From assembly GCA_041178185.1 (NCBI GenBank), contig JBEGVS010000024.1, positions 22,284 through 86,283 of the forward strand: DNA of 64,000 bases, in the 5' to 3' direction. Made by a program: the position numbers and the translations under genes. Origin of the DNA: Pseudomonadota bacterium. Lineage in GTDB: Bacteria; Bdellovibrionota_C; UBA2361; OMII01. Below the pieces are notes generated by a model, which was given only the letters and a program-made list of their open reading frames with translations, made no database searches and was not told the DNA's origin. Positions 61,816 through 64,000 of the stretch are shown in pieces (within the stretch, counting starts at the first letter, position 1; each line of letters opens with the position of its first letter).

Positions 61816-62646
61816 CTACGAGCCCGTGGAAAACGCCTTGGTCAACGCTGCGAAATCCTCGACCGACAACGTCTCAGCCCGCACATCCGGTGAGATACCA
61901 GATGCTGCAAGCGCTTCGAGGATACGCTCCTTCGACCACCGGCCTTGAGACATGAGGCTATTAAGGAGCTTCTTACGCCGTTGCGAGAATGCCGCTCGAA
62001 CCACCACTTGAAAAAATTCATAATCCGGCACATCGGCTCGCGGAGTCTCACGGAAGGTGAGCTTCATGACACGCGACTGGACCTCTGTTGGTGGATGAAA
62101 CGCATCTCCAGGCACGATCATTCCGAGCTCTATATCAGCGAAGAGCTGTGCAGAAACGGAGATACTGCCGTAGGCGCGTGTGCACGTCGACGCGCCGATC
62201 CGCTCTGCGAACTCCTTTTGGACCATCATCACCGCCTGATGAACCTGTGCGCGGCATTTGATCAGATGGAATACTATCTCGGTGGAGAATACGTAGGGGA
62301 TGTTACCGTAGACGTAGAGGTCGCTCCCGATCGTTGAGAGATCGACCGTCCGAACGTCCGCGTTAATAATCTTGGCGTGCGGAAACTTCGTCGCGAGGTG
62401 CTCACAGAAACTCGGCTCGATCTCAATCAACGTAAGGTTTTTAAACTTCGCGAGGTATTCCGTCAGCGCGCCCGTTCCAGGACCAATCTCAACCACCTGA
62501 GCGTCCTCAGGAACGTTCCCAAAATCTGCGATCGCCTGCGGGATCTCCGGCCGGATAAGGAAGTTCTGTCCCCTCTCCTTGGTTGGTCGGACATTCAAGT
62601 CTCGCAACGTATCCTTTGCGCGCTCTCGACGGGGTCCCTTAGCCAT
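61816..62646 (-). CDS. rsmA: 16S rRNA dimethyladenosine transferase
   Basis: GQNFL, EIGPG.GALT, GNIPY, MVQKE.A.R, F.PP..V.S, AFSQRRK.L.N and RAE.LS. Confidence 0.95.
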   Translation of the reverse strand: MAKGPRRERAKDTLRDLNVRPTKERGQNFLIRPEIPQAIADFGNVPEDAQVVEIGPGTGALTEYLAKFKNLTLIEIEPSFCEHLATKFPHAKIINADVRTVDLSTIGSDLYVYGNIPYVFSTEIVFHLIKCRAQVHQAVMMVQKEFAERIGASTCTRAYGSISVSAQLFADIELGMIVPGDAFHPPTEVQSRVMKLTFRETPRADVPDYEFFQVVVRAAFSQRRKKLLNSLMSQGRWSKERILEALAASGISPDVRAETLSVEDFAALTKAFSTGS

Positions 62647-63673
62647 GTGCAACTCCATAGAAATCACGCAACGTCTCAACCGGCCATCGGCTGAAGATGT
62701 CGATATGCGGAGCTTTGATACCAGCAGCAAGATATCGACCGGCGACGTAGGCGATCATCGCCCCATTATCGATACAGTGCTTCATAGGTGGAAAATACAC
62801 AGTACGGCACCTCTGCGTCAGACGCCGCCGCAGCTCCGCGTTGGCGGAGACACCTCCACACACTACGAGTGGCAAGCGTCGAGCACTCACCTCTCGCGAT
62901 ACCTTAACAACGAGGGGATCAACGATTCCGTCCTGAATAGCCCAACACATATCAGCGAAGAGCTTTTCATCCCCCTTCAACTCATCACGATTTTTCTTAA
63001 CCATAAGCGCGACCGAGGTCTTAAGACCTGAGAAGCTAAAATCATCCATCTCGCGAGCGACACGAGGTACCTTAAATCGGGGCGACGGAGCCCCCTTGTC
63101 TGCCCATCCAGCGAGACGAGCCCCACCGGGATAGTTCAGTTCCAACAGATTTGCTGATTTATCGAACGCCTCACCCGCAGCGTCATCCCGTGTACGACAA
63201 AGACAGGTATAGCGACCGAGTCCTTCAACGAGGAGGATCTCGGTGTGCCCTCCGGAGACAACTAAGGTGAGGTACGGCGGTTTCAGGGTCGGTTCATGGA
63301 GTTCCCCCGAGAGGATATGTCCCTCGATATGATTCACCGGGAACACCGGAATCTTCCGCGAGAGACCGAGCCCCTGCGCAAAAGTAACCCCCATGAGTAG
63401 GCACCCTTTGAGCCCCGGTCCGCAGGTGACGCCGATTCCATCAATATCCCCAAGCGAAAGACCCGTCGTACGAAAGAGCTCTTCACACAGCACGGGAAGA
63501 TTTCGCATGTGTTCGCGCGAGGCCAGCTCCGGAACCACGCCGCCGTACTTCTCGTGAAGCTCCACCTGTGACGAGAGCACCTCACCCAGAATAGTTGCGG
63601 TACCTGCGGCATCGATCTCAAGGATCGCTAAACCGGTCTCATCACAACTCGACTCGATACCAAGAACTCTCAT
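62639..63673 (-). CDS. tsaD: tRNA N6-threonylcarbamoyltransferase complex subunit TsaD
   Basis: LGIESSCDET, GGVVPELASREH, NHIEGH, LVVSGGHT, DDAAGEAFDK, FSFSGLKT and DNGAMIA. Confidence 0.97.
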   Translation of the reverse strand: MRVLGIESSCDETGLAILEIDAAGTATILGEVLSSQVELHEKYGGVVPELASREHMRNLPVLCEELFRTTGLSLGDIDGIGVTCGPGLKGCLLMGVTFAQGLGLSRKIPVFPVNHIEGHILSGELHEPTLKPPYLTLVVSGGHTEILLVEGLGRYTCLCRTRDDAAGEAFDKSANLLELNYPGGARLAGWADKGAPSPRFKVPRVAREMDDFSFSGLKTSVALMVKKNRDELKGDEKLFADMCWAIQDGIVDPLVVKVSREVSARRLPLVVCGGVSANAELRRRLTQRCRTVYFPPMKHCIDNGAMIAYVAGRYLAAGIKAPHIDIFSRWPVETLRDFYGVAHG

Positions 63674-63674
63674 G

Positions 63675-63998
63675 TTACGACTGCGGCTCTTCAACTACGG
63701 AGATGGAACGCAGGTACGCGACAACTGCGTCGATCTCCTCAGGTGCAGCGCGTTGATAAAATTCAACGGGACAGAAACGTTTATCCACCTCACGACCTGA
63801 CGCCGTTACGCCAGTTTGCAAGTACCGGGTAAGATCCGCTTCACTCCACGTACCGATACCAGCGATCTTTGATTGAGAGATGTTAGGAGCGACCTTCGTC
63901 TCGCCATCGACGGTTATCTCAGCTCCCCCGGTGAACGGTTCGTCGGAACCGAAGGTACCCGCTGGTGTCGCGTGACAACGGTTACACGCCGCTACGCT
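63675..63998 (-). CDS. C-terminal part of a c-type cytochrome (5' truncated by the window edge)
   Basis: Manual translation: ..AACNRCHATP..FTGG..APNISQS..GIGTWSEADL.RYLQTG..RFCPVEFY..EIDAVVAYLRS..*, containing CxxCH. Confidence 0.85.
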   Translation of the reverse strand, partial: SVAACNRCHATPAGTFGSDEPFTGGAEITVDGETKVAPNISQSKIAGIGTWSEADLTRYLQTGVTASGREVDKRFCPVEFYQRAAPEEIDAVVAYLRSISVVEEPQS

Positions 63999-64000
63999 GT

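Overview
A mostly housekeeping segment of a moderately GC-rich bacterial chromosome. The Lys-rich RpoD N-terminus, the incomplete nuo cluster and the Cys/Asp-rich secreted repeat protein suggest a deltaproteobacterial/Bdellovibrionota-like lineage (inference). Recognisable genes include a FadI-like thiolase, trxA, prmA, purD/purH, dcd, a tRNA nucleotidyltransferase, nuoCDEGHJKLMN (no nuoA/B/F/I), dapA/dapB, rpoD, dnaG, greA, efp, gltX, ndh, ligA, a TonB receptor behind a clear TPP riboswitch, a K+ channel, a GT4 glycosyltransferase, rsmA and tsaD. I found no tRNA, rRNA, CRISPR array, integrase, transposase or reverse transcriptase. The main signal is a group of intact ORFs that look catalytically degenerate. 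(1) An ArgRS-shaped protein without HIGH/KMSK motifs sits at the argS-SPOR position and is translationally coupled to the tRNA nucleotidyltransferase. (2) A SplB/Rv2578c-like radical-SAM fold lacks CxxxCxxC but keeps a QLKLF clamp-binding-like tail. (3) A GlpD-like protein lacks HGGLRYL. Other leads are an in-frame TGA at a conserved Cys in a 102-bp repeat array, a stand-alone sigma-70 region 4 protein beside a structured intergenic element, an FHA plus EExxH protein, an EF-P with Asn at the usually modified tip, and a cytochrome c with Cys in place of the axial Met. All homology calls come from motif recognition by eye; no database search was run.
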